Below, piece after piece: positions 48,184 to 56,279 of a stretch of 64,000 bases of DNA. The first letter of the stretch is position 1. Each line of letters begins with the position of its first letter. A model generated the notes under the pieces. The model was not told the DNA's origin and ran no database searches. It worked only from the letters and a program-made list of their open reading frames with translations. Origin of the DNA: a virus (taxonomy: Duplodnaviria > Heunggongvirae > Uroviricota > Caudoviricetes); the IMG/VR virus record IMGVR_UViG_3300031759_000002, one strand, 5' to 3'. The position numbers and the translations under genes are program-made.

Positions 48184-48249
48184 ATTGCCACAGTTTATAG
48201 ATTATTTTCTATTTGTCAACCCTAAAACTTTAGTACATTTCATATTATC

Positions 48250-48299
48250 TATCGTTGCGGAAACCCCTATCCCTTTAGGGTAGGGGAGGAGCAACGATA
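48250..48299. repeat. IS200/IS605-type end structure: 9-bp inverted repeat tatcgttgc/gcaacgata enclosing the imperfect hairpin cccctatccctttagggtagggg (48264..48286)
   Basis: Immediately downstream of the tnpA stop. Same hairpin at 50897..50919 in the same orientation and at 4424..4447 inverted. Confidence 0.5.
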
Positions 48300-48301
48300 A
48301 C

Positions 48302-48685
48302 TTATCCCTGAGTTTGTATGTATTTTTTGATTGTTTCTGGAGATGCTTCCCCAATGGAACAAACGAAGTATCCATCAGAGAATAGAGTATTTTCCTTCCA
48401 ATAATGCCCTTTGAGAAATGCTCTATGTTTTTTGTATATTCTAAATGTTGAAATGGACTTGAAGTTATTCATCATTTCTAATACCGACTTTGTAGGAGGA
48501 TAGTCAACCATTAGGTGTATGTGGTCATCGTCCGTCTCCATTGCTTTGATGATAATATCCTTCTCATTAGCAATATCATACATAATCTGCTTCAAGTCAT
48601 CACTCAATGCTCCCGACAATATCTTTTTACGATATTTAGTTGAAAAAACTAAATGGAATTGGAGCAGATACTTGCTATGGCTCAT
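48302..48685 (-). CDS. tnpA: IS200-like Y1 (HuH) transposase TnpA
   Basis: HuH motif HIHLMV. Catalytic Tyr region DGYFVCSIGEAS. Typical length of about 130 aa. Confidence 0.85.
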   Translation of the reverse strand: MSHSKYLLQFHLVFSTKYRKKILSGALSDDLKQIMYDIANEKDIIIKAMETDDDHIHLMVDYPPTKSVLEMMNNFKSISTFRIYKKHRAFLKGHYWKENTLFSDGYFVCSIGEASPETIKKYIQTQG

Positions 48686-49092
48686 AAATACTTCAAAAAC
48701 TTTACTTCAAACCCGTCAATGTTCATTTCTTTGGCAATTTTGACTGTCTCTTCTTCAAAGTTGATTTGGTTGTAAGCAATCTCTTTGAAGTTATCTTCCT
48801 GAAATCTATTCAATCTTCGTGAGAATGCTTTATTCTGTTTCCACCACGATTTGATTTCGTCAATCTTGTTTTTACCACCTTGAAACTTATACCAACCCGC
48901 TTTCAAAGCATTCTGTTTGGTTTTGTATCCATAACCACCAGCATCATCCAAAAGTTTGTCGTTGGCATCAACAATAATCCATCTTGTTTCTGGTGGAATA
49001 CCACTTTCAGGTTCTCTGCTCGGAAACGCTTTTTCTATTACTTTGAAATCACTCATAATGGAGAAGTATAACACGAAAAATAAAAATGTCAA
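48682..49092 (-). CDS. hypothetical protein (passenger ORF inside the IS-like segment)
   Basis: ORF only. Confidence 0.3.
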   Translation of the reverse strand: MTFLFFVLYFSIMSDFKVIEKAFPSREPESGIPPETRWIIVDANDKLLDDAGGYGYKTKQNALKAGWYKFQGGKNKIDEIKSWWKQNKAFSRRLNRFQEDNFKEIAYNQINFEEETVKIAKEMNIDGFEVKFLKYL

Positions 49093-49268
49093 AGATAATC
49101 GAGTTTATTTATTTTATACTCGGCATATAGTTCTTTTTGATATCGTTTCAGTTTTTCAATTATTTCGGGTGGTTGAATAACCGAGAATCTTTTCCAACCA
49201 TCTTTCAATTTTCGTTCTATCCACATTTTTTGAGATTTCTTAATATAATTTGGTGTTTTTGTTTTCAT
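49089..49268 (-). CDS. small ribbon-helix-helix (CopG/Arc-like) protein. The ORF-track N-terminus (to 49445) is probably spurious.
   Basis: KRFSVIQPPEIIEKLKRYQKELYA matches the RHH pattern. Confidence 0.3.
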   Translation of the reverse strand: MKTKTPNYIKKSQKMWIERKLKDGWKRFSVIQPPEIIEKLKRYQKELYAEYKINKLDYL

Positions 49269-49292
49269 CTTGTATATATATAGAAGACTAAT

Positions 49293-49778
49293 ATGAAACA
49301 CAAGAGAAATTTTTGTAAATGTGGAAAAGAAAAAGACGTGCGGTCTAATTGGTGTCGTGATTGTTTTTGTATTCTTTATAAAAACGGAGAAATTGAAATA
49401 TTGACCGAAAAAACAAGAGAAACAATGAGAAATAAACAACGGCATTTGCCTCCCTTTCGTTCCTTATATAATTTTCTTCTAAATTCTCAAAAACATAGAA
49501 CGAAAAATATTATTGTAGATTTAACTTTTGATGAATTTCTTGAATTAACAAAAATTTCCAATTGTCATTATTGTGGGGAATTAGTTAAATGGGAACCATA
49601 TCGAAAGGTAGGTGCCACCTGTGCTTATAATTTAGATAGGAAAAATAATAAAATTGGTTATACAAAAGAAAACTGTGTAGTTTGCTGTAAGGGATGTAAT
49701 ATGTTAAAATCATATTTTGATGATAACGAATTCCTTTCACGAATACAAAAAATATCCAAAAATCTAAAACTATGTTGA
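49293..49778 (+). CDS. HNH-like zinc-finger nuclease (variant: DR in place of DH)
   Basis: CHYCGELV...NLDRKNNKIGYTKENCVVCCKGCNMLK. Confidence 0.4.
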   Translation: MKHKRNFCKCGKEKDVRSNWCRDCFCILYKNGEIEILTEKTRETMRNKQRHLPPFRSLYNFLLNSQKHRTKNIIVDLTFDEFLELTKISNCHYCGELVKWEPYRKVGATCAYNLDRKNNKIGYTKENCVVCCKGCNMLKSYFDDNEFLSRIQKISKNLKLC

Positions 49779-50911
49779 GTTACAATACCACACTTTTAGG
49801 AGATTGTCAAGAACTGAAAAAGTTGCTTGAATACGAAAGGTTTGTATTCAACCTTGCTTCCAAGGAACAACTACCAGAAACAAAGAACTCTCTTGTAGTT
49901 CTTCACTCCAAAGTGTATAAAAATGTTCGTAAGTCAAATCCAGAAATCCCATCCCAAGTAATAATCAAAGCAGAACAAGAAGTTCTTGCTTCCTATCGGT
50001 CTGCGAAATCCAATAAGCATAAGAAAACTCTCATTGTAAAAAAGAACCTCTCAATGAGATTGGATAAACGACTTTACTCAATCCCAGATAAGTTTTCTAT
50101 TCGCATCACGACCACAGGAAAACGACAGACCTTCAAGTTTGTTGTCTATCCACGACTGAAAGAGTTGATGGAAAAATACGCATACCAAGACCCTCTAATA
50201 TATGTGGATAATGATAAAGTATGTATCGCTTTCTCTTTTGAAAACAAAGTTGAAAAACTCAAACAACGATTGGCATTAGGAGTGGACATCGGCATCCGTA
50301 GGAGTGCTGCTTGTTCGGATGGGCGACTTATTATTGATAAGAAGTTCAACGGTGAAAAACGAAGATTGAGATACTTGAAAGACAAACTCAAATCCAAGGG
50401 AACGAAGAGTGCCCGTAGGAAACTTCGTTATTCGTTACGAAGAAAAGAACGAAACAAGAACAAGAACCAAACCCATCTAATTTCCAATGCCGTTCTCCGA
50501 ACGGAAGCCGATACAATTTGTCTTGAAAACCTCAAGAGCATAAAAAGAAAGAAACACAAATACCAAAATAAAAGAAGTATATCACAAGTTCCAATGTTTG
50601 AACTCCGTAGAGTAATAACCTATAAGGCACAGAACCAAGGTAAAACTGTTCTGTTTGTTTGCCCTTCCTATACATCACAACGAGACTCGGTAACGGGTAA
50701 AGTCGAAGGTGAAAGAAGAGGTTGTAGATTTTACTCTAAAGTAAATGGAATGATATATGACTCGGACATCAATGCTGCTATCAACATTGGAAAAATGTCC
50801 AAACATCCCGTATCACAGACCACAAATCTGACTTATGGGCAGGCGTCAGTCAATACGCCATACGAATATAAGTCCCGCTCCTCGGGGCCGTTCAAGCACC
50901 TATCCCTTTAG
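49772..50911 (+). CDS. tnpB: TnpB-like RuvC nuclease (IS605/IS1341 family)
   Basis: RuvC-I LGVDIGIRRSAACSDG, RuvC-II ICLENL, RuvC-III DSDINAAINI. Degenerate Zn finger. The TAG stop lies inside the terminal hairpin. Confidence 0.8.
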   Translation: MLSYNTTLLGDCQELKKLLEYERFVFNLASKEQLPETKNSLVVLHSKVYKNVRKSNPEIPSQVIIKAEQEVLASYRSAKSNKHKKTLIVKKNLSMRLDKRLYSIPDKFSIRITTTGKRQTFKFVVYPRLKELMEKYAYQDPLIYVDNDKVCIAFSFENKVEKLKQRLALGVDIGIRRSAACSDGRLIIDKKFNGEKRRLRYLKDKLKSKGTKSARRKLRYSLRRKERNKNKNQTHLISNAVLRTEADTICLENLKSIKRKKHKYQNKRSISQVPMFELRRVITYKAQNQGKTVLFVCPSYTSQRDSVTGKVEGERRGCRFYSKVNGMIYDSDINAAINIGKMSKHPVSQTTNLTYGQASVNTPYEYKSRSSGPFKHLSL

Positions 50912-50919
50912 GGTAGGTG
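50897..50919. repeat. imperfect hairpin cacctatccctttagggtaggtg (third copy of the IS-end motif) at the tnpB 3' end
   Basis: See 48250..48299. Confidence 0.5.
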
Positions 50920-50949
50920 TTGTTGACTTAGAGACAATTAAAGAATACC

Positions 50950-50977
50950 TTGACAATCAACTATAATATTCTTTATA
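50950..50977 (+). promoter_or_regulatory. duplicated promoter-like element (aaagaataccTTGACAatca; 20 nt identical to 54211..54230) with a weak -10, antisense to the 3' end of the repeat-protein gene
   Basis: TTGACA-N16-TTTATA/TTATAT, followed by a 12-codon ORF (MESFVYISGWKR). Confidence 0.3.
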
Positions 50978-53578
50978 TATATGGAGTCGTTCGTCTATAT
51001 ATCCGGTTGGAAGAGGTAAATCATTAAATTTAAAATACTTTATAAGCTCGTTAGTTTCTGAGCAAGTCGAATATGCAAATAAGTCGTCTATTTGGTCTTT
51101 TGATATTTTTATATTTTTGTCTAATAACATGTCTAACGTTTTTACTTTATTTGGGGCATGGTTTACTATATAACTTACAACTTTAGGGTCTTCAAGTGGA
51201 ATATCTCGATTAAGTAAAATATAGACTGTTTTTGGTTTTTGACTATGAGAGGAATACCTGATTAAGTTACTAACATTGTTAGAAGTTAGAGGTACATTAT
51301 TGTTTAATAAAAATTCAACCAAATCATCCCTATTATATGAATTATTTAATAATTCTTCTACGTTTTCATCGCTAAATATAGTATTTATTGACATTCCCGA
51401 TTTTAATAATGCGTCTAGGTTTTCTTGTTTATTTACAGCCGTTATAAATATATTTGTGTCTATTGGGGTTGATAATTTATTTATATCAATTCCTTTATTT
51501 CGTAATGTCTCTATCGTTTTAAGTTTATTCGGAGTATATTTAATTATTGAACTTATAATTTCACCATTCAATGTAACATTATTTATTATATAATCTGAAA
51601 TTTGCATAGAATTGGGAAAATTATGTAATAGATAGTATATATTATCAGGTTTTAGTGGAACATTTCTACTCAATAGATTTTCTAATGTTTTTATTTTATC
51701 GTTTGATGCTTGATAAATAATATTTATAGAAGTTGGAGATAATTGAATATTCTTACTAAGTAAAGCATCAAGCGTATCCAATTGGTTGGGAGATTCTACT
51801 AATAAATAATCTATTACCGTCTTTGTCATTTCATAATTGTTTAATATATACTCAATCGATGCTTGTTTATTAACCGAATATCTTAAAATATTAATAATAT
51901 TACTTTCATCCAATCCAATATTATGACTTAACAACCAATCAATTGAATGTTTTTTATTATTTGCTGTGATTATAATATGGTTTATCACATCGTTTGTAAA
52001 TATTTTATCTTGCGGCATTCCACATTTCAGAAACATATTGATTACTGATTCTTTATCATCCGAATCATATATTGAGGATTGTATGCAATACTGTGATAAT
52101 ATAATATCTTTATTTGTTATATAATCTCCTATCTGTTGTTTATTTGGAGCATTTATAATTAATTTTATTATACTTTCCATATCTAATTCTATATTTTTAC
52201 TTAATAAATAATCTACAACTTGTTGTTTATCCATTACCGTTTTTAACATATATTCTATATTGTCAGAAGTAAATATAGCATTTGGTAAAACTCCTTTTAC
52301 GTTTAATAAAAACTCTGCTACATCTTTTTTATCGGGGGAGTGTGATAATAAATTATGAATGGTAATATCATCCAGAGGAATATCTTTATTTAATAACATA
52401 TGAACTATATATTTCTTATCTGGAACTATAGTAAGCATCGACCCCACTATATTACTAGTTAATTGAATATTTTTATCAAATAAAATATTAACCATTTTTA
52501 TTTTATCAGTTGCAGCCCGCAATAGACGTTCTACAATATCATCATCAAATTGAATATTTTTATTTAATAATATTTCCAGCGTTTTTTCTAGGTCTGGAGA
52601 ATTGGATAATAATACAGTTATATTATAATCTGTAAGCGGAATATCTCGATTAAGTAAAATATCAATAAGTCCCTGTTTATCTTGAGTTCTATTAAAAAGA
52701 CTATCTATATTAGATTCTGTTAATGGGATATTTGCGGCTAAATAATGTACAACTTGAGGAGAGTTTTGAACACAGTGTAGTATATTTGTAATATCATTAT
52801 AACTTAATTCGTCTTTTTTATATTCTATATATTGTTTAAGATTTTTAATATTTTTAGTTAATGCTTGGTAATTAATATGTTTACGTCTTACTGATTTTTC
52901 TTCGGAATATGGATTATCCAACACTCTATAAACGCTGAATGCTCTTTTATTTGTAAAGAATGCTTGACATTTTTCATTTCCATGTATAACTCCTCTTCCT
53001 TCATCTATAACCAAATCATATCCAAGATTCTTATATAATAATATGTTCCATATAATGGTCGGTTTTGTATTTTTAATTTGAGCAATCATTTCCGACAGTT
53101 TTTTACAAAAATACCAAAACTCTCCAATCTGCTCTCTGGAAAATTTCGTATTTCGACTACATGAAGCTTTAAGGATTTGTAATGCATCCGGCTCAAAAAA
53201 ATGTGAATATACACTTATTAATTTATCTATGTCTTGATTTCCTTGTTCTTTGGTATATGTAGTTATATTAAGTTCTCGAATGCCTTCATTTTTTTTAAGA
53301 ACATATAGATATGGATGTTCCGATGCAAATGGAAAATCAATTCCTAATTTATTATTTTTAGTATAATAGTTCGATGCGGTTTTAAGTGGATAACAATACA
53401 GTCCAAGAGGAGTATCATAGTTACTTTTTGGATTTATTCCGATTTTGGCAATTGCAGTAAATGATACAAACAAATCGTCTTGTTTTGAAAACTCTAATAT
53501 TTGAGACGCCACTGAGGTTTTCGGATTTAACTTGGGATGACTTCTTCTTTCAACTATAAGGTCAATTAGCTTAATCAT
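50957..53578 (-). CDS. large tandem-repeat protein (about 20 copies of an approximately 35-aa L/N/I-rich helical repeat); unknown family
   Basis: Repeating LLN(R/K)(D/N)IPL...(D/N)I...LL units. A 25-nt identical DNA repeat occurs at 51198..51222 and 52638..52662. Confidence 0.5.
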   Translation of the reverse strand: MIKLIDLIVERRSHPKLNPKTSVASQILEFSKQDDLFVSFTAIAKIGINPKSNYDTPLGLYCYPLKTASNYYTKNNKLGIDFPFASEHPYLYVLKKNEGIRELNITTYTKEQGNQDIDKLISVYSHFFEPDALQILKASCSRNTKFSREQIGEFWYFCKKLSEMIAQIKNTKPTIIWNILLYKNLGYDLVIDEGRGVIHGNEKCQAFFTNKRAFSVYRVLDNPYSEEKSVRRKHINYQALTKNIKNLKQYIEYKKDELSYNDITNILHCVQNSPQVVHYLAANIPLTESNIDSLFNRTQDKQGLIDILLNRDIPLTDYNITVLLSNSPDLEKTLEILLNKNIQFDDDIVERLLRAATDKIKMVNILFDKNIQLTSNIVGSMLTIVPDKKYIVHMLLNKDIPLDDITIHNLLSHSPDKKDVAEFLLNVKGVLPNAIFTSDNIEYMLKTVMDKQQVVDYLLSKNIELDMESIIKLIINAPNKQQIGDYITNKDIILSQYCIQSSIYDSDDKESVINMFLKCGMPQDKIFTNDVINHIIITANNKKHSIDWLLSHNIGLDESNIINILRYSVNKQASIEYILNNYEMTKTVIDYLLVESPNQLDTLDALLSKNIQLSPTSINIIYQASNDKIKTLENLLSRNVPLKPDNIYYLLHNFPNSMQISDYIINNVTLNGEIISSIIKYTPNKLKTIETLRNKGIDINKLSTPIDTNIFITAVNKQENLDALLKSGMSINTIFSDENVEELLNNSYNRDDLVEFLLNNNVPLTSNNVSNLIRYSSHSQKPKTVYILLNRDIPLEDPKVVSYIVNHAPNKVKTLDMLLDKNIKISKDQIDDLFAYSTCSETNELIKYFKFNDLPLPTGYIDERLHIYKEYYS

Positions 53579-53581
53579 AGA

Positions 53582-54184
53582 TTATTGAATTATATTATTG
53601 ATTGCGGCAATTAATTTGTTTTTAATCATATCTGGGATTTTGCCGTTGTTTTGAATACTGTTAATGAGGAATTGAAAATATCCTTTATTTCCAATCAATA
53701 CTTTATCAACTGACCCCACATCACCATATGTTAAATTAAGACTTCCATCTTTATCAATACCATTGATAGTTGCCCCGCCCAGTACGGATGATGGAATTGT
53801 ATTTTTTATAAAAAATATCATCATTTTATCAGACAGCCCTCCTTTTAATCTAAATACATAAAATCCAAGTTTTTCCAATTGACTGCTAATATCTCTTGAT
53901 ACGAGTCCCCATACCATTTTACTACTATATAAATGTTTAATATCTTGCATACCTTTATATACAGATTTTAAACTTCCAGCGGCACCAACTAATTTAACCA
54001 AATCACTTTTTTGTTTTCGGAGTGCTACAAATCCATTATCATCACCATAAAACTCCCAGTCTATAGCTCTATCGATAAACTTATCTTTATCCCAACTTTT
54101 TCCGGTTGATTTGGTATAACTTTTCTGAAAAATATCGAAAGCTTTATCCATATCCATATTAACTATGTGATGTTCTTTTATCAT
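53582..54184 (-). CDS. hypothetical protein
   Basis: ORF only. Confidence 0.35.
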   Translation of the reverse strand: MIKEHHIVNMDMDKAFDIFQKSYTKSTGKSWDKDKFIDRAIDWEFYGDDNGFVALRKQKSDLVKLVGAAGSLKSVYKGMQDIKHLYSSKMVWGLVSRDISSQLEKLGFYVFRLKGGLSDKMMIFFIKNTIPSSVLGGATINGIDKDGSLNLTYGDVGSVDKVLIGNKGYFQFLINSIQNNGKIPDMIKNKLIAAINNIIQ

Positions 54185-54220
54185 ATTTATAAATATAACT
54201 TACCAATTCGAAAGAATACC

Positions 54221-54248
54221 TTGACAATCAGATATAACCTGATATACT
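54221..54248 (+). promoter_or_regulatory. consensus promoter TTGACA-N16-TATACT, 8 nt upstream of ATG 54257
   Basis: cCTTGACAatcagatataacctgaTATACTtttgaaatATG. Confidence 0.55.
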
Positions 54249-54256
54249 TTTGAAAT

Positions 54257-54625
54257 ATGAGACCAAAACCAGTCATAGGACAGCAATTATTCCGATTGAA
54301 TACCGGAAATGCCGCCCGAAATTCTCCACAAGTTCTTACTCCCGTAGTAGTTACCAAAGTGGGTAATAAATATTTCACGGCTGAAACACGGGGACAGTAT
54401 GTGTTTGAAACTCAATACATATTAGAAAATTGGAGTCAAAAGACTGATTATTGTGTGGATTATGTGTTATACGCATCCGAACAAGAATGGTTGGATGAAG
54501 TAGAATCAGCTAAATTATGTAGTGTTATTTGGAAATCATTTGAATATGGCAGGAACAGTAAAAATGTAAGTTTGGAAAATCTTAGAAAAATCGCAGAGTT
54601 AATTCCATCAACCACAATGTCTTAA
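54257..54625 (+). CDS. hypothetical protein
   Basis: ORF with a consensus promoter. Confidence 0.4.
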   Translation: MRPKPVIGQQLFRLNTGNAARNSPQVLTPVVVTKVGNKYFTAETRGQYVFETQYILENWSQKTDYCVDYVLYASEQEWLDEVESAKLCSVIWKSFEYGRNSKNVSLENLRKIAELIPSTTMS

Positions 54626-54634
54626 ATTAAAATT

Positions 54635-54844
54635 ATGTTATTCTATATTAAAGCAAAAGTTAGCGTTAAAGTTCGAGGTATATCAGGATACTCCCAAGAG
54701 GGAGTTTCATGTCTGATTCATGGAAAACATGAAAAAGATGCATTGGTGAACTTTGGTAAATATTGTAATCGAAGGTTTGCTCGTATGGAACCCGACCATA
54801 TTAACTATGAATATTTAGAAATTGCACCGGAGGTAAATATATGA
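54635..54844 (+). CDS. hypothetical protein
   Basis: ORF only. Confidence 0.3.
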   Translation: MLFYIKAKVSVKVRGISGYSQEGVSCLIHGKHEKDALVNFGKYCNRRFARMEPDHINYEYLEIAPEVNI

Positions 54845-55452
54845 CTCTGAGAGATTTATTTAAAATAGTCCATTTAAATGGAAAAAATGGAGTATATGAA
54901 TATCTTTATAAAAAAGAAAAAAGTTATGCTTATAAATGTGACCGACATACACTAAAACAGATTACTTCCGCATATAGTAAAGTAGTTAATGAATTACTTA
55001 CGCTTAAACATAATAAACCCGATGAAATGTCAATATGCGTTAAATCGGCTAAATCATTTGGAACTTATGAAAATTATATTGAAGTATGTCTATTAAATCA
55101 TAATTATGAGAAACCAAATAAAGGATTGAAACCGTGGGGTGGAGAGCCACTTCCTCAAGGACATTATAATTGTAATTTAGATAAATATAATAAGTTTTTT
55201 TCAATTGGACCGGCAGATTGGAATAAATATATTGATACTCCCATTATAAATAAAGTAAAAAATCTGTCACTGGAAGGTCAAGTGGCAGAAATATTATACG
55301 AATTAACATTCTGGGGATTTACTAATAAGCAAGTTAAAACGGATGGTAAAAAGTTGGAGAAAACTTTAACTGAATCTGTGAAATGGATTGACAAACAAGA
55401 CAAACATCTATATACTGTCGAAGATTTAAAAAAGAAATTAAATGAACGATGA
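54841..55452 (+). CDS. hypothetical protein
   Basis: ORF only. Confidence 0.35.
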   Translation: MTLRDLFKIVHLNGKNGVYEYLYKKEKSYAYKCDRHTLKQITSAYSKVVNELLTLKHNKPDEMSICVKSAKSFGTYENYIEVCLLNHNYEKPNKGLKPWGGEPLPQGHYNCNLDKYNKFFSIGPADWNKYIDTPIINKVKNLSLEGQVAEILYELTFWGFTNKQVKTDGKKLEKTLTESVKWIDKQDKHLYTVEDLKKKLNER

Positions 55453-55597
55453 TTCTATATTTGAGGATGGATATAACTCATATTGTTGTGGACTTACTTC
55501 TACAGAAAATCCATATACATACGAAACTGAAGAATATGAATGTTGGATATGATACTTGGAGTTGTGGATGGATTTATGCTTGTAATGATGCTGCCCA

Positions 55598-56233
55598 TTA
55601 TGAACATGGATATTGGTTATGATTAAACATTTGTGGTGTATATTTTGTATGTTTTTTTAAATTATCTTTAGCCCATAGTGGTTGTAAATTTTTATAATTA
55701 AAACATTTTAATTGTTCTTCTTTTTTAGATAAATTAAACAAAGCACATGGTTTTATATGATCTATATGCCATTTACCATAATTATCCCAATTCATACCGT
55801 CTAAAAATTTAGATTCTAAATGATGTTTGAATTCATCATACGTACAACCAAGTAACTGGATAGTTGACTTTGATTTTGTTATTCCTTTAAGAGCACTATA
55901 TATTCTACTTCTTAATAATTCGCTTAATCTATAATTTATATTTTCTTTTTTATATTGTTTTATATATTTATTCCACCGAGGTCTATTATTTTTTCTCCAT
56001 ATACAACTTTTTTCTGATAATATTTTTCTATTTTTATTTATATATTTTTGTTGTTGTTTTTTATATCTAATTGGATTGTTTGTTTTAAATTTTTTAAAAT
56101 ATTTTCTTGTTAAATCTCTATGAGAATTGGCCCATATTTTCTGGGTTTTAATACAACAAGATTTACATTTTAAATGTCCTTTGTAAAAATTGGATTTGAG
56201 TTGGTTTACTTGACATAATTTACATATTTTCAT
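55598..56233 (-). CDS. HNH homing endonuclease (paralog of 7456..8388) with an N-terminal Cys4 and basic repeat region
   Basis: GMNWDNYGKWHIDHIKPCALFNL...NLQPLWAKDNLKKH. N-terminal CKLCQ...CKSCC. Confidence 0.6.
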   Translation of the reverse strand: MKICKLCQVNQLKSNFYKGHLKCKSCCIKTQKIWANSHRDLTRKYFKKFKTNNPIRYKKQQQKYINKNRKILSEKSCIWRKNNRPRWNKYIKQYKKENINYRLSELLRSRIYSALKGITKSKSTIQLLGCTYDEFKHHLESKFLDGMNWDNYGKWHIDHIKPCALFNLSKKEEQLKCFNYKNLQPLWAKDNLKKHTKYTPQMFNHNQYPCS

Positions 56234-56279
56234 ATATTATATAAATATAAAACAAAATAGGAAGTATTGATAATTTTAC

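Larger units (their letters stand above)
48250..50920. mobile_element. candidate IS200/IS605-family composite element. Hairpin, tnpA (minus), two small ORFs including an RHH (minus), HNH-like ORF (plus), tnpB (plus), hairpin.
   Basis: Same-orientation subterminal hairpins at both ends. HuH Y1 transposase and TnpB inside. AT-rich like the phage, so probably long resident. Confidence 0.4.
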
